Source of the DNA: Octopus vulgaris
Lineage: Eukaryota
Length of the DNA: 64,000 nucleotides
Assembly (NCBI GenBank): GCA_951406725.2
Contig: OX597820.1
Span: forward strand, 87,854,001 to 87,918,000
Direction: 5' to 3'
Numbering within the stretch: position 1 is the stretch's first letter; every line of letters starts with the position of its first letter. A program made the translations under genes and the position numbers. The notes beneath the pieces were generated by a model that did no database searches, was not told the DNA's origin, and worked only from the letters and a program-made list of their open reading frames with translations. Shown here in pieces: positions 25,069-38,364 of the stretch.

Positions 25069-25702
25069 CTGCAAAAATAAATAAATAAATAAATAAATAA
25101 ATAAATGATTTGTTGTATATATTTTCAGAGGTCGAATCACTCCTATTCCCATCATTACAATATAATATCAAATGAGATGTTTTAAAAACACATTTTTATA
25201 GGAATGTATTGGAACGACAATAACACACCAGCTGTAAGCACACTCACAAACACATGTACGCATATGTGGACATTTTGTTGCATGAATTAGCCATGAAATT
25301 CCTCCTCCCCTCTTCTCCCATCCCCTCTTCCGCCTTCTCCTCCTCCTTATTGTCCAAGAACGAGTAAAATTAGTGTTCTTAGTTTTTTTTCGAAGCGCTT
25401 AGATTGATGAAGTCGAAACGTTCGTTAACGATTCTGCCAATACAAGCACTTATTACAGGTAACGCATATATGGATAAACAATTCATTGGCACCTCTCTTG
25501 AGGACATACCCATTCCTTCACACAAAAAAATTCCTCTCACTCCTACTCACCAAAACTAAGGACCTATAACATCTTTATATATTTTTGTTTTTATTTCTAC
25601 ATTAATTCTCCTATTTCCCTTTATACTCCTTATTTGCTTCCTTTTCCAAAAAACTCCTTATATTGAACTTTAATATTTCCCTCTATTTAACCATATCAAA
25701 TC

Positions 25703-25750
25703 GTCTCTGATGAAAGGATATTCCTAATATCCTAGAAACAGCTGTAAGAC
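25703..25750 (+). ncRNA. minimal type I hammerhead ribozyme motif
   Basis: gtct-CTGATGA-a-aggatatt(cct)aatatcct-a-GAAA-cagctg-TA-agac: stem I, 8-bp stem II, palindromic stem III, GUA cleavage triplet. Confidence 0.75.
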
Positions 25751-26268
25751 TACTTTTCTCTTTATAAATGTCCTGAAATTTACACACCGCCTTGGCTTTG
25801 TTGTCTCATTTTATTTAACTTATACATGCTCATACAAGACCCGCTTTAGACTCCTCACTCGTATCATTATCAGACCGAGAGTTTAACTACGGCCCTTCCA
25901 TAGCACTTACACAGGTAACGCTGCCACCTTGGGCCTTCTGGATACCGATACCCCTCATATATTTATATATATCATTAGCTCTCTACGAATACTACCAATC
26001 TATAACCTGTTGTTTACCAATACTGCCAACCGATAACTCACCTGTCTCCAGGCAGTCCACGCAACCCTAGATGTCACATAACATTTCGATCTGCTGTTAA
26101 ACAGTCACCATCACACCATAATCACTAACATCGTTACCATCATTAATACCATCACCACCATCAGTAACACCACTACCTTGTCAACCACCACCACCTGTCA
26201 TCGTTACCAATTACCGTTATACCGTTATCTCTGTTAATAACGCTGAATGATTTATAGTATATACTTAC

Positions 26269-26332
26269 TTCTTCCAGTAGATCTGCAATTTTACTGAGGT
26301 TTTCGTCAATAAGGCTCATAAACGTCGGAACA
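26269..26332 (-). CDS. PRKG1: PKG exon, start of CNB-B
   Basis: tctag|T GTT..., SVPTFMSLIDENLSKIADLLEE|gtaag; 64 nt. Confidence 0.93.
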
Positions 26333-27619
26333 CTAGAAATAAGGAAAGATTAATCAATAAATAGGTATACATATAATTGAATAAAATAAGGTACCAGTCG
26401 AGTACTGGGGTCTATGTAATCGACTGAGCATCTCTTCCAAGTTCTAGGTTTGTGCCTATATTAGAAACAAATTATTATAAGATATCGAATCCAGGTTCTA
26501 TAAGAATACCTTTATCTTTTACTAGTTTCAGTCTATAAACTGTGGCTATGCTGGGGCACCTCTAATAGCGTTTTCCACACTCTTACTAATCCTTTAGAAA
26601 AGAGGTTCTCAGTCGGGATTTGTACGGTCCTTAGGGGGTCTATATAAGATTTTATTAAAATTTATGTGCCTTAATTGCTTATAGTTCTACAATACACAAG
26701 ATATTCTAAGAATTTTTACACAATCCCACTTCTGACATAATTTTTTATAGGCGCAGGTGTGGTTGTGCCATAAGAAGCTTGCTTCCCAACCACTCGGTTC
26801 CGGGTTCAGTTCCACTGCCTGGCACCATGGGCATTTATCTTCTACTATAGCCACGAGCTGATGAAAGCCTTGTGAGTGGATTTGGTAGACGGAAACTGAA
26901 AGAAGCCCGTCGTATATATACATCTATACATTTACATATCAAATAATATAAACAGGATCGAATAATATAAACAGTAGGAAAAAGCAAATGAAAAAACTGA
27001 AATGGGTCCATTGGACCCATTGGTAGACAGAAGGTTAAGAACCATTGTTGTAGATAGTGAAGGTCTAATTGCCTTTTGAAGACATCTACATCCACATAGG
27101 TATGTTGAGTCTCTCAGTTGGACATTGAAAAGCAGTGGACCTTTGAACTTTAAGTTATTGCAGTAAGTATCTGGTCATGACTCTCAGTGGGGAGGATGGG
27201 ACCTTGGGCTCTATGCAGTGACGCCCACTTTGGGAATTAGCTTAGCCAATTCATTGGTTTTTATTTTTGACTAGGGACAAGCACAGATTGTGTGACTTGG
27301 AAATGAGTAGGTATCATAAACACATACATGCATACATAGACACACACATTTATACAGTCACGCACCAGAGAGAGAGAGAGAGAGAGTGGAGGGCAGGCAT
27401 GGCTGTGTGGTTAAGCAGTCAGGTATGCAACCACGTGTTTTCGATGTCAATCCCACTTTGCAGCACCTTGGCAAGCGTCTTCTTCTATAACATAGGGCCA
27501 ATTAGTCCTTGTGGGTGAATTCGGCGCACGAAATCGCGTGGATTATTATTATCATTATTATTATTATTATTATTAATAATAATAATCCTTTCTATTAAAG
27601 GCACAAGATCTGAACTTTT

Positions 27620-27961
27620 GGGGAAGGTGGTAAGTCGATCACATCGACTCCAGTACTTGACTGGTTCTTAATTTATCGAGTACGAAAGGATGGAAAGCAA
27701 AGTCGACTTCGGCGGAATTTGAACTCAGAACGTAAGCGGCGGACGAAATACCTATTTCTTTACTACTCACAAGGGGCTAAACAAGGACAGACAAACGGAT
27801 TAAGTCGATTACATCGACTCCAGTGCGTAAGTGGTACTTAATTTATCAACCCCGAAAGGATGACAGGCAAAGTCGAGCTCGGCGGAATTTGAACTCAGAA
27901 CGCAGCGGCGGACGAAATACCGCAAAGCATTTCGCCCGGCGTGCTAACGATTCTGCCAGCT
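27620..27961 (-). mobile_element. SINE family B dimer
   Basis: Two tandem units joined at gacgaaatacctatttcttt. Confidence 0.78.
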
Positions 27962-28468
27962 CAATGATAATAATTATGAGGCGCAGAAGTAGCTATGTGG
28001 TAAGAAGTTTGCTTTCCAACCACAAGATTTTTGGTTCAGTCTCACCGCGTGACACCTTGAGTAAGTGTCTTCTACTATAGCCTCAGGTCGACTGAAAGGA
28101 GCTTATTGTGTGTGTGTGAGTGTATATACATATGTGTGTGTAAATACAAACATTATATAATTACACATACATGTATACACGCACAAATTTTATGATATTC
28201 AAATATTTTCTATATGAAACAATTAACCATTTAAAGAACAATTTTATGCAATCAAACTAATTACTTTACAAAATATAATAAATATATAATAAAGCTTGTA
28301 TTAAAATGTAAAAAATGCAGTTTCAGAACAAGAACTACATTTTAAAAAAACAACTGTAACTACTTTAAACAAGTAGTTGCAAATGTAGATAAAGAGATAT
28401 AAATAGATGTTACCACATTTCGCAATTAACAGAAAGGATATAAAAGAAAGATAAAAAGGGAAAAGAAA

Positions 28469-28872
28469 GGCACAGGAGTGGCTGTGTGGTAAGTAGCTTG
28501 CTAACCAACCACATGGTTCCGGGTTCAGTCCCACTGCGTGGCATCTTGGGCAAGTGTCTTCTGCTATAGCCCCGGGCCGACCAATGCCTTGTGAGTGGAT
28601 TTGGTAGACGGAAACTGAAAGAAGCCTGTCATATATATGTATATATATATATATATGTATGTGTGTGTTTGTGTGTCTGTGTTTGTCCCCCTAGCATTGC
28701 TTGACAACTGATGCTGGTGTGTTTACGTCCCCGTCACTTAGCGGTTCGGTAAATGAGACCGATAGAATAAGTACTGGGCTTACAAAGAATAAGTCCTGGG
28801 GTCGATTTGCTCGACTAAAGGCGGTGCTCCAGCATGGCCGCAGTCAAATGACTGAAACAAGTAAAAGAGTAA
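28469..28872 (+). mobile_element. SINE family A
   Basis: Nearly identical to 126-501. Confidence 0.88.
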
Positions 28873-28944
28873 AAAGGTGAGGGTATAAAGCAGCAGATGG
28901 AGGAGAAGGGGTGATGGGCCACACACCCCAGGACAAATGATGTA

Positions 28945-29283
28945 CTCAGTTGCGTCCCGTGGTAATGACCACGATGGCGTTGTCGCGGAGAATGGCCAGC
29001 GACACTAGTTGCAGCAGCCAATCCACCTCGTTGGGTTTCATTTCTCAGACGGGCCACCGTTATTCCTATTTTGCGGAGGAAATCGGTCGAACGGGGTTCT
29101 AGAACACCTGACGTCTCGACCCGTACAAACTGATAGCAAGCTGGTCAGGTCCCCGTATTTATTGATTTTTCTCTCCGTATTACGGGCGGTGACAAGCGGG
29201 TTTGTAGCCGATGCGGCAAGATTGGATCCAGAGAACGTTTCGCTGCACGTCGCCTCTCAGACAAGAGATCTGCTTCCCTCGAA
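28945..29283 (-). mobile_element. CRE-clade non-LTR retrotransposon C-terminal (restriction-like endonuclease) remnant
   Basis: Hand translation with a stop and frameshifts: SLV*EATCSETF..KINKYGDL../YQFVRVETSGVL..DFLRKIG../WLLQLVSLAILRDNA, resembling CRE LVWDATCxDT..KY..ETxG..QRISIAIQRGNA. Confidence 0.65.
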
Positions 29284-29854
29284 GTATTTAAATGTTATAA
29301 TTTAAAATAGGATCAGTTAAATAATCGACTGTCTAAATAAAGCCTTTTTTTATTTATTCAGGAAAAAAAAATGAAAGGATAGATTTCAAATAAAAATCTA
29401 ATCAACGAAAATATATTCCAGTTTAATGATTTTTCCCTTAATTAAAGTACTGCTTCCAGAGGTCTACACGTAGCCTTTTAGAAGGTCAGAGATTTCTTCA
29501 TCTCTAATTTAGTGGAACAGTTGATGGACGGGTGAATCATTAATAGAATGAAGCTAAAGAAGATTATGATATAAAAACAGACATTAGCTGCTGGAAAGTC
29601 GGTTAAGGTTGCCGTGCAACTAATAAACAAAACACAAACAAAGCACTACTATCAGGAGACAATCTGGTTGTAGAGATAGAAGAGACATGTCCGAGAATAG
29701 TAGACATGGCACCAGTTAGACGTTTATCAGCGGACTACAATTAAGTAAACAGGCGTAGCGACGGGTTAAAGTAGGAAAACGAACCTAGATATCTATTTCC
29801 GTAAATAGCAACAGCTTTCGACGAGAACATGAAGTAATGCAAGAACCATCCACT

Positions 29855-29889
<35 letters not shown>

Positions 29890-30497
29890 GTATATATCTT
29901 ATCGTAAGTAAATTGATAAAGGCTTCGTGTAGGGGCACGAGGACATATATCTGTTAGAGGAGCATAGTCGGTGGAATTAATCAAACTATTGCATGACTAA
30001 TGCTTGTTTTATCACCACGAAGCCGTGAGTTGAAAAGCAGAAATGAATTGACCCTAGTGGTATCTGAGCATAAATAGCACCACCCCCCCCACAGACACAC
30101 TAAAGGAGGAGGTGGCGTATCTAAATTCGCACGTTCGAGCAAAAATTACGCGCTGCACTTTGAGCAAGTGTCTACTGCTATCATAGTGTTGGACAGACAA
30201 AAGCCTTATGAGTGGAATTCGGCAGGGAAATTTGATAGGGAAAACCCGTCGTATGAACTGTACCTGTAATTCACAAAGGCCATCTCTTATCAAACACTGC
30301 ATCGTCTGGAATCGGCTTGCGGTTAACGTGTGACTATAAGTATCTATGAAACAGTCACACGCTCACAAATAGACGCATACTCATGACTGTATATATATTA
30401 TATATATATATATAATAAATCTCTGAGCGAGTTATAAACAGTAGCTGCACGACATTGTGAAGTATATTTGTCATATTTAAGTGACAAATATACTTCA

Positions 30498-30536
<39 letters not shown>

Positions 30537-30972
30537 AGTATATGATAGTGTATGCATGTATTTATATTCAAAGTTGTATGCCACATTATTTCACATAGGT
30601 TGCTGAAAAGTTGCATAATGGCACAACTTTTCAAGAAGCAGGTTATAGTAGACACTGTAACTTATTGAGATACTTTCTGTAAAACAGAGCAAGGCCCGGG
30701 TACAGCTGCTAATCCCCACCCTATCACACTTTTTTTTATAATTGGCAGAAAGTTACTGCCTGATAAGTTAACTTATAAGTGGTATACACGAAACTCTCGG
30801 CCTTTGGGTCACTAGTATAACCGTGCCAATTACAAAATTTTTATGTTTGTCTATTAAAGCTACCATTAGTTTCTTGGTAAAGAAGGAAGCCCATGACAAT
30901 TATCAAGCCTATCATATAGAACATCGGTGTTTGTCTTTATTTCGTGTTTGTGTGTGTATATATATATATATT

Positions 30973-31151
30973 CTTTTCGTTTCAGTCATTTGACTGCGGC
31001 CATGCTGGAGTACCACCTTTAGTCGAACAAATCGACACTTGTACTTATTCTTTGCAAGCCTAGTACTTTTGCCGAACCGCTGAGTTACGGGGATGTAAAC
31101 ACCCCAACATCAGTTGTCAAGCGATAGCGGGGGGACAAACACAGACACACC

Positions 31152-31195
<44 letters not shown>

Positions 31196-31348
31196 CGACA
31201 GGCTTCTTTCAGTTTCCGTATACCAAATCCACTCACAAGGCTTTGGTCGGCCCGAGGCTATAGTAGAAGACACTTGCTCAAGGTGCCACGCAGTGGGACT
31301 GAAACCGGAAACATGTGGTTGGTAAGCAAGCTACTTACCACAGCCACT
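30973..31348 (-). mobile_element. SINE family A (inverted)
   Basis: Reverse complement of family A. Confidence 0.85.
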
Positions 31349-31474
31349 ATATATATATATATATATATATTGTGTGTGTGTGTGTGTAATACTGAAATGT
31401 CACAGTAAGATATGAAAGATTTCTACCATATTTTGATATATATACTAATTAGACAGGAACAATTTCAAGCTAAC

Positions 31475-31580
31475 CTTCTCAGCAGTGCCATGTTTTCGGA
31501 GTGCCGCAACAGCCCTGTACTCATCATTATACTTTGAAAGCTTGGTCGGTCGATGGCCCATAGCCTACATGGAGTAAGAG
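31475..31580 (-). CDS. PRKG1: PKG exon, end of CNB-A
   Basis: ttcag|CT CTT..., ALTPCRLWAIDRPSFQSIMMSTGLLRHSENMALLR AG|gttag; 106 nt; hand-translated, absent from the ORF track. Confidence 0.93.
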
Positions 31581-31705
31581 CTGAAAGAGGGAAATGGAAA
31601 ACAAACTGAAATTAAAGAAAAAAAAAACATGAAACTCAACACATTAAGTATATTCAAGATTTCTTTGAAATGTAAAGAATCACGACCAAAGTACAGGATA
31701 TAGAT

Positions 31706-32048
31706 CGGTGGTTCTCAGTTGGGGTCCATATGGCCCTTGAGGCTCCATATGAGATTTCGTGGGGTCCATACAGTAAAATAGTAAATTGGGAATACCAATA
31801 GTACTTTAAGGGCCCCTGAAAAAATTTTGCTTTAGATTTATGATTGGTACGTTATGCAAGAAACAGGTTTCTTTAACATTTTTTATTGTTTAACCTACAC
31901 AAGTAATGTGCGTAAAACAAAATAGGAATTTTGAAAGAAGTTTCTATAAAACTAGCTTTTAAACATCGATTGGCTATGGGTATCAACAAGAATAAGATAG
32001 TAATCAAACGGGTCCATAGATAAAAAAAAAAGTGGTTGAGAACCCCTG
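31706..32048. mobile_element. hAT-like MITE
   Basis: Ends cggtggttctca..tgagaacccctg; 8-bp TSD atatagat/atataaat; related copies at about 1-585, 2864-3445, 9333-9570, 26603-27048 and 45778-46035. Confidence 0.75.
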
Positions 32049-32237
32049 ATATAAATTCTAAGAATAACCTTAATTTTGTGCTCATATTTTATCCTGTTAA
32101 CAAGGGTAAATTCGTCGCCCGGTTAAATGCATTACCTGACATTTGGGCAGAATTTTTCAAAAAATGGTTTGTGTTCCAATTTACGAAGAAAATTATCCTC
32201 CTCCTCCTCGTCGTCGTCGTCGTCATCATCGTCATCG

Positions 32238-32278
<41 letters not shown>

Positions 32279-32784
32279 TAACAGCAGATTACTCTTCCTT
32301 TTTCTTTCATATTCTACCATGCATCATTTCCAAGCAAAGGCAGTTTTGGCACCTGTTTTACAAGATGCACCGACTAATCCACTCGGATCCCATCCTGTTT
32401 CATTAGCGTTCGGTCCGTTCCTGCATGTCACAAGAGGCGACTAAAAATGGGCGACCAGAAAAAGCAATCAGCTTTAAAACACCGTTCAGCTCATGGCAGC
32501 ACAGAAAGGTAGACTTAAAACGCCAGTGAGAAGTTTCTGTTCTGTATATTTCATGTTAATACTCATTTTGTCATGCATAATTGCTTCCAACATTTTGGTA
32601 CAAGCCAGTAATTTTAGGACGAAGGCGTTAGTCAATTACATCGACTTCAGTACTTGACGGGTAGTTTATTTTATCGACTACAAAAGGATGAAAGGCAGAG
32701 TTGACCTCAGCGGGATTAGAGCTCAGAATGTAAAGAGTCGGAAGAAATGCTGTTGGGCATTTTGTCCGAAGTTACTTGAGATTC

Positions 32785-32995
32785 TTATTTCTTTACTACC
32801 CACAAGGGGCTAAACACAGAGAGGACAAACAAGGACAGACAAACGGATTAAGTCGATTACATCGACCCCAGTGCGCAACTGGTACTTAATTTATCGACCC
32901 CGAAAGGATGAAAGGCAAAGTCGATCTCGGCGGAATTTGAACTCAGAACGTAACGGCAGACGAAATACGGCTACGTTTCTGCCAGCTCGCCGCCG
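32785..32995 (-). mobile_element. SINE family B (with older flanking copies at 32600-32770 and 33060-33205)
   Basis: Reverse complement of family B. Confidence 0.8.
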
Positions 32996-33438
32996 TTTGT
33001 AACATGCAATTTTTTTCTACTGTAAATGAAAAGCCACCTTTTGTTATATATAATAATTTCAAGCTTTGGCGCAAGGCCAGCAATTTAAGGGGAGGAGTAA
33101 GTCAAAGTCGACCTCGACGAAATTTGAACTCAGAACATGAATATGGACAAAATGACGATATGCATTTTTATCCGGCGTGCTAAGGCTTCTGTCAGCTCGC
33201 AGCCTTTTGTAACATACAATTCTTTCTACTGTAGGTACAATGCCTCCTTTTGTTATATACAATAAAACTTATCAACACTGATAGTGTGTCATAAGGTTTT
33301 AAGCATTTTGTTCAGTGTGGCATCGTTGGACATCGCTGCTGAAGAAGCTCCCTGGTTAGTTCATCATAATCTATATGTTCGCGCCTGTTCTTGCTAGGAA
33401 ATTAGTTGCTAGGAGATTAGTTTTAATGTTAGACTTAC

Positions 33439-33552
33439 CTCTAACACTGGCAGTTCGGGTACAGTTGTATAGGGTTGCCAGTTCTCCGAACACCTTTCCG
33501 GGTCCAATTCGGCACAGCTTCTGGCCCTCTTTTGTCACTTCAACTTTGCCCT
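33439..33552 (-). CDS. PRKG1: PKG exon, CNB-A phosphate-binding cassette
   Basis: tacag|AG GGC..., [39 protein letters not shown]|gtaag; 114 nt. Confidence 0.96.
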
Positions 33553-34275
33553 CTGTAAACAAATATTTGGATTGGAAACAGGATGAGATAAAAGTAACAT
33601 CGTAGTCATATTTAAAACACACACACGCACGCGATATGTACCACCTCTTTGAAAATATATACGATCACACACAGAGACCAATATACTCACAAACAGAGGT
33701 TCACTGGCACACGCGCTCATGCATGACTACACATGCATAGGCACCTAATCTCATACATGCATAAATACTGGTGCACACTGACAAACGTTTACACACACAC
33801 ACACGCACGTACACTGAACTGAGGGGTGTTTCGGTTAAATGTATCAATTTCAATGGGTCACAGGAATTTATTTAATTGCACTTCAAAATAATGAGTAGCA
33901 AAAGTTAACCCCAGTAGTAGTTGAACCGAGAAGATTAAAGGGTGTAACAAAATACGGCAAATAAATAATTTAATTCGACTCTTTAATATTCCCCAACTCA
34001 ACTATTTTATATGTCAACTGATGAACAACAGAATCATTAGGAAAAGGTCTCTCAACAAGTAACTCATTGTTTCGCAGCAATTTCTTGTAGCAAAAGAAGG
34101 GAGTATCTGTAATTCGGTACAGAACAAATACTACAAGTGACTATATTCCCAATGGGTCACTTATTCGTTTTATCCCCAATAAATACATTCTTCGTCGACA
34201 TATCTACATACATACATGCATACATACATGTGTGTGCATGTAAGCCCGCCATATATGCACACACACATACACACA

Positions 34276-34356
<81 letters not shown>

Positions 34357-34454
34357 GCCATCTCTACGCATTCTTTCAAATATAATACTGTACCAAGAAT
34401 TTTCTCTTTATTATTCTGCGATATATATATATAACTGATCCCAGTAGTTAATTG

Positions 34455-34840
34455 GTCAAGTGTAAGAGCTTACAGCTAACATGCAGAGAAGGATCCAGGT
34501 ATTTGAGCACAAGTGCTTTAAAAGCAGGTAGCAAGTCAACAAATACATTGGCAGAGAGGAACCATTCCTTGTGCAGGTGAAAAGGCAAAGCTTGCCTGAT
34601 ACGGCTACGTATCCCATCAAAGTTCCCTGAGCGAAACCAATCTTCAGGGAACAGTTGAGGGAAGGCGAAAGAAAGGCAGACAGAAAACCCTGGTTTGGCA
34701 ACACCAAGGACTGGACAGGTGGCACACAGCACACCTGCTACGCATGACAGAGAACAGAAACCAGTAGCGACGTCTATCAAAGCTTTCCAGAGTAACACCC
34801 CAACAACTGGCTGCATCAGTTAAGAGATCCTGACGATGAA
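34455..34840 (+). mobile_element. RTE (BovB-like) LINE 3' coding remnant
   Basis: Broken frames give ANMQRRIQVFEHKCF..LA*YGYVS..ETNLQGTVEGRRKKGRQK. Confidence 0.7.
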
Positions 34841-35401
34841 TTAACAGGTACTTTATTTTACAGATTCCGAAAGAGTTTCGAAAGGCAAAATTGACTTTGG
34901 CGAGATTTGAACTCAGAACGTAAAAAACAAAAAACCTGAACAAACACATTAGCTATAATAATGGTTTCAAATTTTGGCACTAGGCCAGCAAGTTCGTGGG
35001 AGGATGCTAGTCCGGCGTGTTAACCATTCTGCCGGCTTGCTACCTCATATTAGCTATAATAATAGATGCAAAATTGTGGAACTTTCTTTATATCTTCATG
35101 ATAACTAACAGGTAACTGTTCGTAAATGCTTCCCACGCATTAAAAGATGAAGACTCCAGAAGCGATGGAAATAAGTTCTCTGCTAGCCTTGATGAAATGC
35201 TTAACATTTCCAGGTGTTGAAATTCTCAGAAGAGAATATTATTTATGGAGAAGATTTAATGAGAAAGATCTGAAGTCGACTTGAAACTGTGAGTGCAGTT
35301 AGAGTTAAACGATATCATTATTGGGAAACGGGGTGTTGTAAGATGACGGCAGAACTGGATTTTAATGAGGTGGGAAAGAAGAGAGTGGGCGAGATACAAA
35401 A

Positions 35402-35403
<2 letters not shown>

Positions 35404-35482
<79 letters not shown>

Positions 35483-35596
35483 CGGATGTACGTGCTTATG
35501 TATGTATGTATGTATGTATGTATGCATGTGTGTGTGTATACGTATATATATATGTATGCATGTATGTATGTATGTGTGTGTGTGTGTGTGTGTACG

Positions 35597-35630
<34 letters not shown>

Positions 35631-35741
35631 TGTGTGTGTGTGTACGTATATATATATGTATGCATGTATGTATGTGTGTGTGTACGTATATATTATATAT
35701 ATATATGTATGCATGTATGTATGTGTGTGTGTGTGTACGTA

Positions 35742-35777
<36 letters not shown>

Positions 35778-35985
35778 TGTATGTATGCATGCATGTATGT
35801 ATGTATGTATGTATGTATGTATGTATGTATGTATGTGTGTGTACGTATATATATATATATGTATGTATGTATGCATGTATGTATGTGTATGTGTGTACGT
35901 ATGTATGTATGTATGTATTATGTATGTATTATGTATGTATGTATGTATGTATGTATGTATGTATGTGTGTGTGTATGTATGTATT
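35404..35985. repeat. compound (CA)n/(TA)n/(TATG)n microsatellite
   Basis: Directly visible. Confidence 0.95.
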
Positions 35986-35999
35986 ATTAATCTTTCATC

Positions 36000-36392
36000 T
36001 TTTATTTGCTTCAGTCATTAGACTGTAGCCACGCTGGAGCACCGCCTTGGAAGGTTTAGTTTAACGAATCGACCAAGCCTAATACTTATTTTATCGGTCT
36101 CTTATACCGAACCGCTATTTTTACGTGTACGTAAACAAACCAACACTGGTTTTTAAGCGTTGGTGGGAAGCGGCAAACAAACACACACACACAAACACAC
36201 ACACACGCATACACCCCCCCCCCCCACACACACCCATACACACTCAACTGGCCTCTTTCAGTTTCCCTCTATCAAATCTATTCAAAAGGCTTTTGTAGGC
36301 CCGGGGCTATAATAATAGGGACTTGCCCAAGGGACTGAACCCAGAACTATGTGGTTGGGGAGCCAACCTCTTACCACACAGCCACGCCAGCG
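36000..36392 (-). mobile_element. SINE family A (inverted)
   Basis: Reverse complement of family A. Confidence 0.78.
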
Positions 36393-37291
36393 CCAAGCCG
36401 TCATGCTTTATTACAGTTTGGGCCTTCGAGTCACCGATGTAGCTTCACTGCTAGAAATAAAATATCTTTTATCTTTGTTTCAGTTTTTGAACTGTGGCCA
36501 TGCTGGAGGCACCGTCTTGAAGGATTTAGAAGAACAAATCGCCCCAGTACTTACATTTTAAAGGTCTGATACTTATTTTATCGGTTCTTTTTGACGAACT
36601 GCTATGTTATGGGAATGTAGATACACTGACACCTGTTGTCTTTGTCTACCAAAACCACTTACATGGCATTAGTCTGTTTGAGTATTAAATCGGGTGACGG
36701 ATAAGTTCTGCTACTCAAGAACAAGAACGAGTTTCCACACAGTTTTCGTTAACCAAATTTCACTCACAAGACTTTGATCAGCACGAGTTTATCATTGAAG
36801 ACACTTGTCCAGAGTGCTGTGAAGTCATAGTAATCCTCAAAGAGCGTAATTCTGCAGTGTGCCTCTTAACCACACAACCGTGGCTCTGTCCATAACAATT
36901 AACATAATAACAGTAACACCCAACCTACAGGTTCCTTTATAATTCTGACAGGGTCCTGAAGACAAAAATCTTTTTCACTTTTGAAATATTTGATAAAAAT
37001 GTAAAATGTTGGAGAATATGTTAAGCGATAAGTTATAGGTATAAGGATAACAACACAAGGTTTACGGTAAACTAAAGCGGTGGAATAATTTCTGAAGTAC
37101 TATAAACTAAATGTGTTCCACTGGAATATATTAGGAAAGGGTTGCAGAAGATTATAAATTTACCAAAAATGAGTCGTGATGGTCGAGGGTTGAGAACTAC
37201 TGAGAAGACCATTCAGGTTAGTATTCTACCGCTTTTAGAACTCAACTGTTTTTCAATAAATTTTTATACAACAATAATTTCTTAAACTCAC

Positions 37292-37458
37292 CTTCCATGA
37301 CGAAGACCAATGACCCTTCATCTCCTTCCTTGATGATCAAGCTGTTCTCAGCATATTCTACAGGGTACATACAATCCACAATCTCACGGATCTGAGGCAT
37401 TTCCAGCTTTTGCATGAAGTCATTTTCAAGAATGGCTTGCTTGATTAACTCCTTTGAA
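37292..37458 (-). CDS. PRKG1: cGMP-dependent protein kinase exon (first common exon, start of CNB-A)
   Basis: ttcag|T TCA AAG..., encodes [56 protein letters not shown]|gtgag; 167 nt; closely resembles the first shared exon of vertebrate PKG I. Confidence 0.96.
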
Positions 37459-37991
37459 CTGAAATGAAAGACAACCAAGACTTGTAAGGAGGCAGAGCGG
37501 TTATAGTTATGGTAGTGATTGTATTATGGCAGTGATAATGGTGGTAGTGGTGAGAACTATTATATATGACACTATAATGCGTATACTTTAATTCAATAAA
37601 TGTTTACACGTGTTCAAAAATAATTTCGAGCTTCTAACACCTAGAGGGAACATGTATGTCTTACAAATGGAAGATCACAATTTCTACTCAGTAGGATTTC
37701 ATTAAATTTCTTCTTACTTTTATTCGTCAGTCTCGTATGCTTTTCATAGGGCTCATGCTCTCGAAATTACTTTAGAAGCAATAGTGAATGAAAATAGTCA
37801 TATTGAACGCATCTATATTGAAAATTGATCTATCAACATAAAAAATAAATCTATAATAATTAAGAGCTCAGTTAATAACAAGTCGTTTAAATTCAACGTT
37901 ATATAATAATTAGTTTAATTTAAATAAATCATGCAACCCAATTATGTAACTGAATCTTTTCGTCACAATTACAAAATGAATTATATGCGAA

Positions 37992-38044
<53 letters not shown>

Positions 38045-38364
38045 ACTTTTTGTAAATACAGTAATTCTAAATTAAGTTCATTCATGTCCTATAAACTGTG
38101 TTGTATACTTAGACACTTACATCCAAGTATCATATTTAAATGATACATTATGGCACACTTATCACTAAGTGCATAGCTAACTTATTTAATTCATTGAAAA
38201 TATCATTTGATACATAAATAATTTAAAGAAGCATGCGTCCAGGTGATGAGATTCTATAATATCGATAGCCTGACCTTTTTGTAGTTATACCAGTATTTTC
38301 TCTCTTGTACATGTTATAATTACGGAGAATTTTACAGCAAGACTCTGTCTGTATGTTTGTCTAT

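Noticed and set aside
32127-32444. Poly-Ser/His/Asp ORFs
   Set aside because: Translations of (TCA)n/(TCG)n trinucleotide repeats.
33375-33605. Plus-strand ORFs overlapping PKG exons (also 17725-17928 and 24778-25080)
   Set aside because: Antisense shadows of the coding exons and repeats, with no independent support.
35289-36028. Long ORFs (up to 233 aa) here and at 8669-8953, 50182-51043 and 55109-55600
   Set aside because: They are translations of microsatellites ([16 protein letters not shown]), not genes.
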